A stretch of 63,608 bases of DNA, filler included, from Octopus bimaculoides (GCF_001194135.2; 6 parts of 6 records of this genome joined end to end with filler, not necessarily neighbours in it); one strand, 5' to 3'. Positions 22,951 to 34,842 are shown, numbered from the whole stretch's first letter. The notes: generated by a model not told the origin, from the sequence alone. A program made the numbers and translations.

Positions 22951-23520
22951 ACATTCATATATACGCCTACATATTTGCACTCATATAAATATAAGACGTC
23001 TCTTGCTTTCAGCTTTTTTTGTATTTTAGTTGTTCATCCAATCACTTGACCAAAGTAAACGGTTGATTATTCAACAGTCACTTGTAGCTTTAATATGAAC
23101 TTCTCTGCAGTATTTCTGTATGTAGTACAGCTTATATTATGGGCTTCGAAACAGTTTTCGTTGAGCAGTTTTCAATCACCAAAGATATGATTAAAGCTGA
23201 CCCGGAGATATGCTAAAAAAAAAAAATTTTAAAAAAATGCCCCAAGGAGCCAAAGAGTAGGGTCAAACATGAAGCTTCCTGATTTCGAAGCAAATAATTC
23301 CTGTCATTGGGCTACACCTACACAGATACACTTAATATCGACGCACACGTGCACGCGCATACACATACTTAGACATGTCCCACTCTTTCACATACACACA
23401 CACATACACGCACGTATATATATATATATATATATAATACAAAGAATATATATACATGTATACACACATATATGTACATACTTACATCTACATGTGTATA
23501 TACATGCATATATACATATA

Positions 23521-23713
23521 GGAGGGATGATCCCTAAGTGGACATCCATTATGCTAGAAGAAGACCACCAATGATCTGAGCACTAAGAAAATATTGTCCT
23601 CAAGAAAATTCAACAAACGCCAACATTTTCTTGAGAACAATCTTTTCTTAGTGGTCAGACCATAGGTGATCATCTTCTAGCATAATGGATGTCCACGTAG
23701 TGGTCATCACTCT
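23521..23713. repeat. Foldback inverted repeat (88-bp arms, 15-nt loop), TA-flanked
   Basis: 23522-23609 vs reverse complement of 23625-23712: 77 of 88 match by manual alignment. Confidence 0.92.
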
Positions 23714-23910
23714 TATATGTATGTAATATAACTTTTCAATATGCCAGGCCACTGGTTTTAAATTGATATTAATCAAATTAATATTCAATTTTTCACCCTT
23801 ATTGTTTAAATTTATATATATACGTATTTACAAAGATTACGCATGCGTACACACATCTTCTCACTTCTTCACACACATTGTATATGTATATATGTATATG
23901 TATGTATGGG

Positions 23911-23949
<39 letters not shown>

Positions 23950-24297
23950 GCCTACGGATATTACACACGCACGCATACACATGATCTCTCTCATACACAA
24001 AAACATACAGACACCTCACAAACCCGCATGTAAATATTTTCTCTGCCCTCTCTCTCTCTCTCTCCCTCTCTCTCTCTCCCTCTCTCTCNNNNNNNNNNNN
24101 NNNNNNNNNNNNNCACGCACGCATACACATGATCTCTCTCATACACAAAAACATACAGACACCTCACAAACCCGCATGTAAATATTTTCTCTGCCCTCTC
24201 TCTCTCTCTCTCCCTCTCTCTCCCTCTCTCTCACACACACTCTCTATCATATATTAGTATATGCTCTTCAAAGGCTATCACTGTTTTTCGAAAGTAT

Positions 24298-26217
24298 TTA
24301 ATTTGTCCCTTTAGAAAAAAAATGTCCATGTAAATTTACGCTTTGACATTTAGGCAAGGAATATTTCGAAGTCGGTATGTCTGTAAATGACTCGTTTACT
24401 AGCAGAGCCATTCCTTCAAAAGTATGAAATGCCATGTGGCAATGCATAAACCATAAGCCAGGATTATTGGCTTTCAGTCTGACAACAACGTACCCACCCG
24501 AGGGTAATGTTATAGTATCCTTTAAGGGAGGGTTTACTAAATTTAATCCGGGTATATTGTCTCCTTTCCAAGTCTTATTTCGCCAGCCTGGTTTATTACA
24601 ATATGTATAATCCGTGTCACCGTAACACATGATATCCTTATTAATTGAAATTATCTCTCCTGTTGTTTTGTTATAAGTAGGAAAACCAATTTTCACCACA
24701 TGAAAAGAATGACCGTGTAAATGTATAGGGTGAGAAATTCCATAAAGTCTGCGCATATTTGTTAAAACTAATTGAACATTACTACCCTTTGATAACGTTA
24801 TTGAATGCGTGCATGCGCAAGTTTTTCCAGGACCACATTCAGTTTCTTTGCACAATGTTTTTATTTCATTTGGTTGGAGCAATGCGTTGACATGAGGATA
24901 AAGAAACTGTCGTCCATTCACGGAAGCTCTACCATCAGGAAAAGCGAAATTAAGAAAATATTCTTCCCAATGGTGCTCTTCATATTTTGGTACATTTTGA
25001 ACTTTAGGCGAATGGAGACCAGAAATGGAATGGCATCGTTTATTATATTTCACTGGAAAATACATAAATGGACAGTTGAGGACATCACAGACTGTATGAC
25101 TACAGTTTTTGCTTCTGCTGGTCGGGTCTGTATCTGAGGCTCCTTCGTATGATAATATTGCTTCGAATGTTTGATTTAGGTTTTCTGTTAACGTTTTACC
25201 TCGAATCCAATAATTTTTTATGTCTTTGTTAGTTGTTATGAAGAAATCATATCGTTCTCCTGGCTGTATGATAACAGAATCGTAAAAAGATCCTTTCAAA
25301 TCTGCTCCGTCAGACGCTACAATCTGAAGGGGATGGGAATCAATTGAAAATTCAAAAGCCAATTCACTGGCCGCAGAAATAACTCGGAATCGATACATTT
25401 GATCTTGTTGAACGTTAAATCTTGATAATGGTGCCCCATTGTGATGTCCACGTTTGTTATAATATCGTCCTCTACCGTTTACTAATCCAGATGTATACAG
25501 AAAGGCTCCTAAATATGTTCCATCATATGTTCTTAGATCAGGCATTATTTTCCCATGTAATGCATCGAAATAGTTTGTTTTCATCCATGCTTTATTCGCA
25601 TTCCAAAAATGATTGTATTCACTAATTATTAAAACCTTCTCCTGAATAATGGGAGGTTTATCCCGTACAATAAGCGCTCCATAAAGTCCCATTATCCTTT
25701 GTAATCCGATATGAGAATGGTAGAAATATGTACCTGTCTTAGTGGCATTGAATATGTAAATGAACGACTCACTTGGTTGTATTGGACACTGGGTAACAAA
25801 GCTGACACCATCCATAAATGGAGATCCTACCTGGTCAATTCCATGCCAATGTAAGCTAGTAGCAGTGGACCACAATTCATTTGTGACTTTTATGATGACA
25901 GTCTGGTTGATGTAAACTTCAATAGTAGGGCCTGGGATAGTTTCATTTACAGTGATTGCTAACCATTGTTCATCATAACCATCCATCGTTAATACATCAT
26001 CAGCATCGAGGTAATGTTTATATTTGTGGAAATAATACAGTTTGCCGTCGTTAAGTTCGACTGGATAGCGATGATAGGTCATCGGTAGTTTGTGAGTAAC
26101 GGTTAAACTAAACTCACATATTGTGTCTTCGTAGCGGCAGGAATTACGTCTTGCCAAGGTAACATAACTCGGGTTAACGAGCGTCAGTACCAGAGTCAAC
26201 AGCAAAAATGCAGACAT
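24298..26217 (-). CDS. Secreted laccase-like three-domain multicopper oxidase, intronless CDS, 639 aa
   Basis: Signal peptide; HWHG (25840-25851), YHSH, HPIHLHGH, HCHMAFH-x4-M (24424-24444); 10 His + Cys + axial Met; metazoan-type Cys-rich inserts; 8 N-X-S/T sequons; uninterrupted ORF. Confidence 0.97.
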   Translation of the reverse strand: MSAFLLLTLVLTLVNPSYVTLARRNSCRYEDTICEFSLTVTHKLPMTYHRYPVELNDGKLYYFHKYKHYLDADDVLTMDGYDEQWLAITVNETIPGPTIEVYINQTVIIKVTNELWSTATSLHWHGIDQVGSPFMDGVSFVTQCPIQPSESFIYIFNATKTGTYFYHSHIGLQRIMGLYGALIVRDKPPIIQEKVLIISEYNHFWNANKAWMKTNYFDALHGKIMPDLRTYDGTYLGAFLYTSGLVNGRGRYYNKRGHHNGAPLSRFNVQQDQMYRFRVISAASELAFEFSIDSHPLQIVASDGADLKGSFYDSVIIQPGERYDFFITTNKDIKNYWIRGKTLTENLNQTFEAILSYEGASDTDPTSRSKNCSHTVCDVLNCPFMYFPVKYNKRCHSISGLHSPKVQNVPKYEEHHWEEYFLNFAFPDGRASVNGRQFLYPHVNALLQPNEIKTLCKETECGPGKTCACTHSITLSKGSNVQLVLTNMRRLYGISHPIHLHGHSFHVVKIGFPTYNKTTGEIISINKDIMCYGDTDYTYCNKPGWRNKTWKGDNIPGLNLVNPPLKDTITLPSGGYVVVRLKANNPGLWFMHCHMAFHTFEGMALLVNESFTDIPTSKYSLPKCQSVNLHGHFFSKGTN

Positions 26218-26239
26218 TTTTAAAGTTTGAAGCTAGAAA

Positions 26240-26265
26240 CTGGAAGAAAAAGAAGAAAAGAAATC
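26240..26265 (-). promoter_or_regulatory. 3' splice acceptor of a 5'UTR intron of the laccase gene
   Basis: tttcttttcttctttttcttccAG ends 22 nt upstream of aaaATG. Confidence 0.7.
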
Positions 26266-26373
26266 GACATCAGCAACAACAAAGTAACAATAACAACAAA
26301 ACAACAACAACAGCAACAAAACGACTAAATACTAACAACAAAAGTCTTAAATGTAAACTCTTTCTTCTCTTAC

Positions 26374-26419
<46 letters not shown>

Positions 26420-26476
26420 NNNNNNNNNNNNNNNNNNNNNNNNNNNNNNNNNNNNNNNNNNNNNNNNNNNNNNNNN

Positions 26477-29400
26477 ATAAGAATTGAAAGAAATTAACTC
26501 AAATTTAGTTGTTCTAACTAACAAAATAGAAGGACTAAATTACTGTACCCGAGAAGAAACGTAATTTGAACAAAGAAGACAATCTACAGAACAAGTTAGT
26601 CAAAGTTTGAACGAACTATGCACAACATTGCATTCATTTTTCACAAATAACTTTGAAAAAGAATCATCACCAAAATACCTAAACCATAACGAAAGTATAC
26701 CAATGTCAGCACATTTGATTAAAGGTCGCATTAGCCATATTTGGCCCAAAAATCTTGGAACATGATAAAAAATAACAATAAAGCAGAAATATATGAAAAT
26801 GGGATTAACTCAACACCTTTAATTCTACCACGCAAACTACAAATTAAGCCAATTCCAGAAGAACCCGAACAGCAAAGGAAATTTAGGGAGACATTAGCAC
26901 TAGAAAAAATGAAAATAAAGATTGAGTTACTCAAACTCAGAGCATCGAATAACGAACAAAAATATAAAACGATCGATGAGGAAATGCACACCGAACTCCC
27001 TAAACATGCTGCTGAACAACTCTTGGAAAGTGTTATAAAACTATGGAAAGACAGCTGTAAGTTGGAAGAAATAAATTCCCTGCAACGATGGCAAAACAGT
27101 GTTAACTTCTTCCTTAGTTATGAAGCTCAGTTTAAAAGAGACTACACTTCAGATAACCCCTTCCTTAAAAATCCAGAACAAATACATCTACAGAAATAAA
27201 TACACGTCCACCTAGATCAAACAATCAACATCGAAAAGAACACAAACACAGAAAACTGACTCATTACCTAGAAGTAAACCATTCTCTAACTAATATCAGG
27301 GACTACTCACCAATTAGAAACACTAGAAGAAACCAACCTAGAGGTAGAAGTAATTTTTTCTCCCCAGCAACTAGAAACATCCAAGGGAGAAACTCAACCC
27401 ACGTATCCTCATCCTATTTACCCAGACAGCACAACCAGCTCCCCATCATTCCAAACATAATTAAGCACCCCAACAGTTCATTCCAACGAAGAAACTCTAA
27501 CCACAGGCTCCCAACCAGTTTACCCAGATAGCAACACCAACCTCCCAGCAATCCCAATATGATAAGTAATAATAATACTGATTTAATTATTAATAATAAT
27601 AATAATAATAACACCAATAATAACTTCTACCAACCAAATTACAATAAACATTTTTTAGACCAAGTGGAGAGAAACAGGGACACACGTTGGAACAAAACTT
27701 ACGGGAGAAACCCAAATTAATTAACTTATCAAAGAAAACTCTCTATATAACAGAAATCAATATACTAGCCAAAGGTTTAAAGTTTACTCCAACCCCACGA
27801 AGATCTAACCATAATGAAATTAAAGACAATATTTCAGAATTCTGCAGAAAACTATGACTCGCAGAAGCACTAACTGACTACAACAACGAAGCTGAATCAC
27901 TCGTCAAAAACAGAAGTAATTACCTTCCACATAGGGGTAGGAATAAAACACTGGATGGCTTCTGCGACCATATCCAAAATTTCCTTAATACATTCCATAA
28001 ACGAAAAATTAATTCGAACCTCAACAATCTAGAATGGAAAAATCTAATCGAAATACAAAACGACAAAGACCTAACAATTAAAGAAGCAGACAAAGGAAGT
28101 GCTGTAGTTCTGATGGACACAGAACACTATAAAAACCTAGTATTATCCATACTAGACAACGAGGCCTTCTACGAAAAATTTATAAACTATAAACAACAAA
28201 AAAAACAATGAAAAATCTTGCATCCTTAATTCTTCTACATGGAAAAGGCCTGACACAAAAAGAAACAGACTACATCACGAACTTCAAATGTAGTCCCAGT
28301 CTTTTTTACGGCCTTCCTAAAATACACAAGAGCAAGATAATCATTGAAACCTGCAAACAATCACCGGGCAAATACATTAATATCCAAACGCCAGAAGACT
28401 TAACTTTAAGACCCATTGTAGCTAGGCCAGCCTGTGAAACCCACCGCCTAAGCAATTTTCTAGACATTCTACTGAAAGCCTTGCTGAAATACATCAAAAG
28501 TTTCATTAGAGACGATTTAGACATGCTAGAACACCTACCAAGAGCAATTAATGAATACGCAATATTGGTTACCCTCGATGTTATCAAGCTTTACACTAAC
28601 ATCCTACATGATTATGGAATAAAAGCAATTAAATTCGGGTTGGAAAAGTACCCCGAAGTACTCCCGGAACGCATAAATCAGATCTTTATTATTGAATCTT
28701 TAAAATTTATACTTTAGAAGAATTATTTTCTATTTGATGACACATACTATCGTCAGCAATGCGGAATTGCGATGGGAACGAAAGCAGCCCCTGTTCTTGC
28801 GAACCTAATAATGGCTTATTTTGAATTCACCTTATATGAAGTATCACTTCAGAAATATGGTTACCCATTTTACCTTTACATAAGAGAAAATTGGAGAAGA
28901 TACCTGGATGACTGTTTTATCATTTGGAAGGAGAACATTGACAAACTTTAGGATTTCAAATCAACACTAAATGATATAAATAGTAACATTCAATTCACAA
29001 TGGAATATAACAAAGAACAGCTCCCATTTTTAGACATCATGATAAAAAAGTCAACAATCAAATCATAGCTGGCATCTATTATAAACCAACTAATTCAAAA
29101 CAATATCTCCTCTTTAGCTCATGCCACCCGAAACACATCAAAATAAATATCCCTTTCAATTTGGCAAAAAGTATTTGCACAATAGGGTCTGATAGAACAA
29201 CTCGGAGCCTTCGTCTTCAAGACCTCAAAACAACGCTTACTGAAAGACAATATCCACCCTCACTTATAGACGAGGGAATTAAACGTGCCAAAAAATTAGA
29301 CATAAAAACACTAAGAACAACAAGACATAACACCACACACCATCTTAAAACACTAATATTTATATCAACACACAACCCCAGAAACAATGAGGCATTCAAC

Positions 29401-30370
29401 ATTATTGTGCAAAATCTCCCTTTACTAAATAGAGATCCAAAAACGAACGACATCCTGAAAACGCGCCGATTCATCAAATGCAAAAAGCTACACAAATCGT
29501 TAAAGAAACTACTAACAAACGCGAAGCTTTACAAAACAACCACAAAACCAACGGTTAAAAAATGCGAACGCCAAACTGTGGAACCTGCCCCAACTTACTA
29601 GAAGGCTCGGATTTCCTTTTCAAACATGGACTAAGGTTCACAATTAAAACTAGTTTCACTTGTGCCTCTGAAAACCTAATTTATGTAATAACCTGCTCGG
29701 GTTGCGGACACAACTATATTGGACAGACGAGTATTACCTTGAGAAGGAGTGCCACTCTACATAAAGAGCAAATCCGTTTCCCACAATACAAGCAAATTCC
29801 TCTCAGTGAACATATAGAAAATGTGCAGATAACATCAAACCAAATTTCAGCGTCTTCCCCTTCTACTAGTGCAAAGACACGATCTCTCCACAAGAAGGTT
29901 TAAATAAAGAAACTTTTTTCATTGAAAAATACAGAACACGTTTTAATATGCACGCATAACCAACTTTTACTTTTTTACATATTTCAATTCACGATTACAT
30001 CCCGATACATAAATCCCCTCACTTTTTTTAGTGTGTACACATATATTCCCCTCCCCTTACCGAAAGCTGAACTGTTATCTCTCTTGCCCACAACAACAAC
30101 GATAATAACGGTAACCAATGACCTCCTCTTATTTTTCTACTAGTGGAGTCAGTCACTCGTAAATATCATTACACACAACATGGACAAAAATTTCTTCGTA
30201 AAAAAATACGTATTCAAATAAGTAAACCATAATATCATGAATAGCGAAAGCGAAACCGGTCGATATATTAAAATTATATTAAAATTATGTAAAGTGTGTG
30301 TATTTTCCTGTTTTAATTTCATATATATATTGCAACTCACCACGTGGGGATAATCGAAATTCCGCTTTTT
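26477..30370 (+). mobile_element. Decayed near-full-length Penelope-like retroelement (RT + GIY-YIG)
   Basis: LAKGLKFTP; RPIVA..PTHRLS; GIAMGTKAAP; RYLDDCF (YLDD 28901-28912); LPFLD; C-C-C motif; LIY (29676) and YIGQT (29715); in-frame stops and frameshifts. Confidence 0.92.
30232..30266 (+). ncRNA. Degenerate minimal hammerhead motif at the PLE 3' end
   Basis: ATATC-ATGA-ATAGCGAAAGC-GAAACCGGTC-GATAT; CUG of the core is missing. Confidence 0.4.
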
Positions 30371-30383
30371 CTGTTGCTACTAC

Positions 30384-30453
<70 letters not shown>

Positions 30454-30529
30454 TGTGTGTATGTGTGTGTGTGTCTGCATATGTATATATACAAAGATCA
30501 CGCACGCGTACAAACATCTTGTGCTTATA

Positions 30530-31010
30530 TCAGATGTCGGCCGAGTCTGTAGTGGTGATCGCACCGCCGCCCTCTAATAATCATGCTAGCAAGGCAGTTT
30601 TCCTTTGCCTGGTGGCTGTGGTGAAAGAGGTTGCTTGGTGGACAAGGCTGAAATGCATGAGGACAGATACATTCCACTTTGGTAGAGCTCTCGTTGACTT
30701 CTTCAAGTTTCACTTGAAAAGGAAACTGCGAGTGGAGATGCAAGTGCTGCTCTCGAGTGAGTTTATTAAAATGTGGTTAAAAGTTGCAAAAATGGTAAGA
30801 GTGGATGGTACCTCTCTCTAAGTGCAGACCTGTGAGTCGGAAGGAAGGGATTGGAGAGGGCACTTGCTCGTGGAGTTTCAGGGAAATCTCGGACAGTAGG
30901 TTCCTTTCTTACAATGGGGTTTCTGTGGAGTACTCAGCCCCTTGCACGTTAACTCTACTAGTAGGCTTCTCCTTTAATCGCATCAATTGGGGCACAAGTC
31001 GTCGTAACCG
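30530..31010 (+). mobile_element. Tx1/L1-clade LINE 3' end
   Basis: VVIAPPP..AVFLCLVAVVKEVAWWTR..FKFHLKRKLRVE; homologous to 46790-46900. Confidence 0.7.
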
Positions 31011-31064
31011 ACGGACTACCAGTAGTATATATACAATCATTGGAAATTTACATAGATACATAGA

Positions 31065-31098
<34 letters not shown>

Positions 31099-31406
31099 NN
31101 NNNNNNNNTGTGTGTGTGTATGTATATAAATCAACACTGATGTATATAAATCAACTACTAATTTCACCAAGTATTTCGGTATGCGAAAAGAACCATTATT
31201 GGTATACTTATACAAAAATTTTATAATTATAAGCATAATTATAATTAGTGTTCAGCAAAAATGCTGTCTGGGAGATATATTATGGTAGGGGAATAGTATT
31301 TAACTGCTATTTCTAAATTTCGGTATGTGGTGAAGCAATTTTTGCCGAACCCTAATTATAATTATGCTTATATTATAAAATTTTATATGTATATATATAT
31401 ATATAT

Positions 31407-31506
31407 NNNNNNNNNNNNNNNNNNNNNNNNNNNNNNNNNNNNNNNNNNNNTTAATTAATTAANNNNNNNNNNNNNNNNNNNNNNNNNNNNNNNNNNNNNN
31501 NNNNNN
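31407..31506. other. Scaffolding spacer 44N-TTAATTAATTAA-44N (assembly artefact)
   Basis: Identical 100-bp construct also at 42526-42625, 53848-53947, 57490-57589, 62147-62246. Confidence 0.95.
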
Positions 31507-31594
<88 letters not shown>

Positions 31595-32284
31595 TGTGGG
31601 TGTATGTATATATATTCATGTATATTCTTATATGTATATGTATATATGCTTTACCGAATATTGTTGTCGATGCAGTAAAATTAATTAAAGCGAGAAAGGT
31701 AAGAAAAATAATTAGTAGGAAGATGGTGTGAAAAATGTTATCTTTTTAATTATAAGATGTCATAAGCGCTGTTATATTGCAGTCACGAATATGTCAGAAA
31801 GAAGAATCCCTAGAAGCTATATTGTGGATAGCTTGGTTAAAAATGGTTAATGGCTTCGCTTTCCATGCTTAATTTCTCATAGAACTCAGAAGCTGAATAA
31901 ATTAAAGAAATAGAAAAAAAATTTTAAAGCAAAAAGATTATATATACATTAAAACAAATATGCAAAAAGCATATTAATTAGGTGCTTTTTGTGTGAGTGT
32001 GTGCGTGTGTATTAATTTCTAAATTGAATGAATATCTTATAATTTCTTTTACAGTTGTAAGGCTCTTCTTGTATTGGAAACGGTGTATGAAAAAGAATTG
32101 AAAATAAACATTGAAAAGGTACTTGAAAATATATGGAATGAAACTGAATGAAGTCATTATATAAAAGGCGACTATTTAATAGGAAAAAGAAGGAAAAAAT
32201 CATTTAGATTTTTCTGCTGCAGTATGTATCTCGGAGTAATAGAAAATATTTAATATAAATTCTAAATTAAGAGATATTGGTTTG

Positions 32285-32480
32285 AAATTTTGGTGCAAAG
32301 CCAGTTATTGCAGGGAAGGAGATAAGTCGATTACATCGGTCCCAGAGCTCAGCTAATATTTATTTGATGGATGAAAGGCGAATTTGTCCCCGGCAGTATT
32401 TGAACACAGAACGTAAAGGCAGGAAAAATGCGGCTAAGCAGTTTTTTTTTCTGAAGCGGTAACGATTGTGCTATCTGACC
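32285..32480 (-). mobile_element. Diverged SINE family B
   Basis: GATGAAAGGCGAA..TTTGAACACAGAACGTAAAG..GCTAAGCA. Confidence 0.7.
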
Positions 32481-32506
32481 ATCTTACGAAGCTTCCAGTT
32501 AATCGC

Positions 32507-32706
32507 GGTAACGACCCTGCCTGCTAACCACGGTTACGATTCTGCCTGCTAACCACGGTAACGATTCTGATATCTCTCAGTGGTAACGATAATGCCAGCT
32601 CTCCACGGTAACAATTCTGCCAACTAGCCAGGGTAACGATTCTGCTGGTTAATCGTGGTAACGATTCTACCAGCTCTCCGCGGTAAATATTCTGCCAGCT
32701 CACGGT
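32507..32706. repeat. 25-bp minisatellite, 8 diverged units
   Basis: GGTAACGATTCTGCC-like cores at 32507, 32532, 32557, 32582, 32607, 32632, 32657, 32682. Confidence 0.9.
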
Positions 32707-33549
32707 TAGTCTTATAGTTTTCCTCAGCTGTGTTTTTTTTCTTTTTTTTGTCTCAAGGCTATCTGTTGTTGAAGTTGCTGTTTTCGATGATGTGGCGTCC
32801 CCTACGAATGGTACTTCTTTTATTGCTTTTCTCGTAGCTTGCAATGTAGCAGTTGTTGATTTTATTCCATCTGTTCCTGCAGCTTTATTGGCTGTTAATT
32901 TCACTGTTACAATTATTGCTATCGTTCTGGATCTTGTGATCGGAAGCTATTGTTGATACTACTGTTGTTGTTGTTGTTGATGGTGGGGCTACTGCTGTTG
33001 CCACTGCCTTTCTTGCCGTTTTTGCTTGTACGTTGATGGGTATCGACAACATTGGAAGCTTCTGTTTTGTTCTTTTTGTTGTGCAGGGAAAACTCTGATG
33101 GTTTTTGCCAAAACATCAGTGACACTTTAGCTTTCTGCCCTCGATCTCCTACAAACAGTATCCTCACCATCGCATACTGATTAGGTCCAGGATGTCTTCC
33201 ATCGAAACTTAATAGATATGTATCAATAACATTACCCGTATACATGACCTATTATTTTTTCCAGCTAGTGAATATGTAATGAGATAAGCTTTTCATTAAC
33301 ATGCAACAAAGTGGCTACTAGTTGGCATGAAAGATTTAGTTCTAGCGGGACATGGACCATATTTCTAGATCGCTATGAAGCCAGCACGTCACTTTATCGC
33401 GATATTGTAGAATATATTTAGCATCCTAGTGATATCGTAGAATTCTATTTCGCATCCTACGCGTCCGTTCCATTTCGTTTCAATTTTCCTAGATCAGAGT
33501 TACATTCACTTATAAACGATGTTGTCTGTGTGTTCTCTGGAATCTTTAC

Positions 33550-33759
33550 TTTTTTTTTTTACTCTTTTACTTATTTCGGTGATTTGACTGCGGCCATGCT
33601 GGAGCACCACCTTTAGTCGAGCAAATCGACCCAAGGACTTATTCTTTGTAAGCCTTGTACTTATTCTACCGGGTTCTTTTGCCGAACCGCTAAGTGACGG
33701 GGACGTAAACACACTAGCATCGGTTGTCAAGCAATGCTAGGGGGACAAACACAGTCACA

Positions 33760-33832
<73 letters not shown>

Positions 33833-33995
33833 GACGAGCTTCTTTCAGTTTCCGTCTACCAAATCCACTCACAAGGCTTTGGTCGACCCGAGGCTATAGT
33901 AGAAGACACTTGCCCAAGATGCCACGCAGTGGGACTGAACCCGGAACCATGTGGTTAGTGAGCAAGCTACTTAACACACAGCCACCCCTGCGCCT
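33550..33995 (-). mobile_element. SINE family A, full length, young
   Basis: Complete tail-microsatellite-head order with (TTTTACTC)n terminal repeat. Confidence 0.92.
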
Positions 33996-34589
33996 GCTGC
34001 AATATATTTAAGGATTATCGTTCGCTGAAACCTGGTTAGGAATATTTAGCATTTTTTAAATCTTACAAAGAAAACCGAAACTAAACTTTCTATTCGAAAA
34101 TCGTTGGCGAAACTTTTTAACACTCGGTTTTGCTAGCCCCGGTTTTGAGTTATTATTAGTGTTACTGTCAACGCTAGTGGCGGAGGTGATGGTGGGGACT
34201 ATATTGTTAGTTATGCTGTTGCTGTTAATATTCTATTTTCGATGTTCTCATTATTTACGTTGCTTTTTGATGCTGTGGCTGCTTTTGTGTTTTTCTGAAC
34301 TTTTGCCGTCGTCTTAAGTGATGTTGCTGTCGTAGCAATTTTCTTTACATATTTTATCGTCCTACTTTTTGTCAAAGCATGTCATTGGTGCTTATTGCCG
34401 TGTAATTGGAGGAGATTATAGTTACAGTGGAGTAGGGTATCATTGTCACTGTCTATCATATCGTTTCTATTGCCTTTTTTTTTTTGTTGTTCTTTCTGCC
34501 GGCAGTTGTGGTGGTGGAGATTTTGGCTCAAGATGGCATTAGAAGTACTCTTTCAGATGTTTTTTTTTACCTACTTCTGACGGGATACT

Positions 34590-34804
34590 CTTACTTGTTT
34601 CAGTCATTTGACTGCGGCCATGCTGGAGCATTGCCTTTATAGTCAAGCAAATCGACCCCAGAGCTTATTCTTTGTAAGCCTAGTACTTATTCTATCGGCC
34701 TCTTTTTTTGCCGAACCGCTAAGTTACAGGGACGCAAACACACCAGCATCGTATGTCAAGCGATGCTGGGGGGGGGGACAAACAGACACACAAACATATA
34801 CACA

Positions 34805-34842
<38 letters not shown>

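Noticed and set aside
23961-24235. Near-perfect ~125-bp direct repeat just 3' of the laccase
   Set aside because: The two copies flank a short N gap; typical unmerged contig overlap.
24298-26217. Horizontal transfer of the laccase from bacteria or fungi
   Set aside because: Cys-rich N-terminus and inserts look like invertebrate laccases; lack of introns is more simply explained by retroposition. A phylogeny would be decisive.
31451-31462. TTAATTAATTAA repeated five times inside N runs
   Set aside because: Always 44N+12+44N = 100 bp with stops in all six frames; a scaffolding linker, not biology.
32507-32706. CRISPR-like regular array
   Set aside because: Contiguous tandem units with no unique spacers, no cas genes, eukaryotic context.
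32760-33245. Protein-looking ORFs 32524-32904 and 32919-33245
   Set aside because: Derived from degenerate GTT/GCT/GAT triplet sequence, as at 34190-34350; no domain and no splice support.
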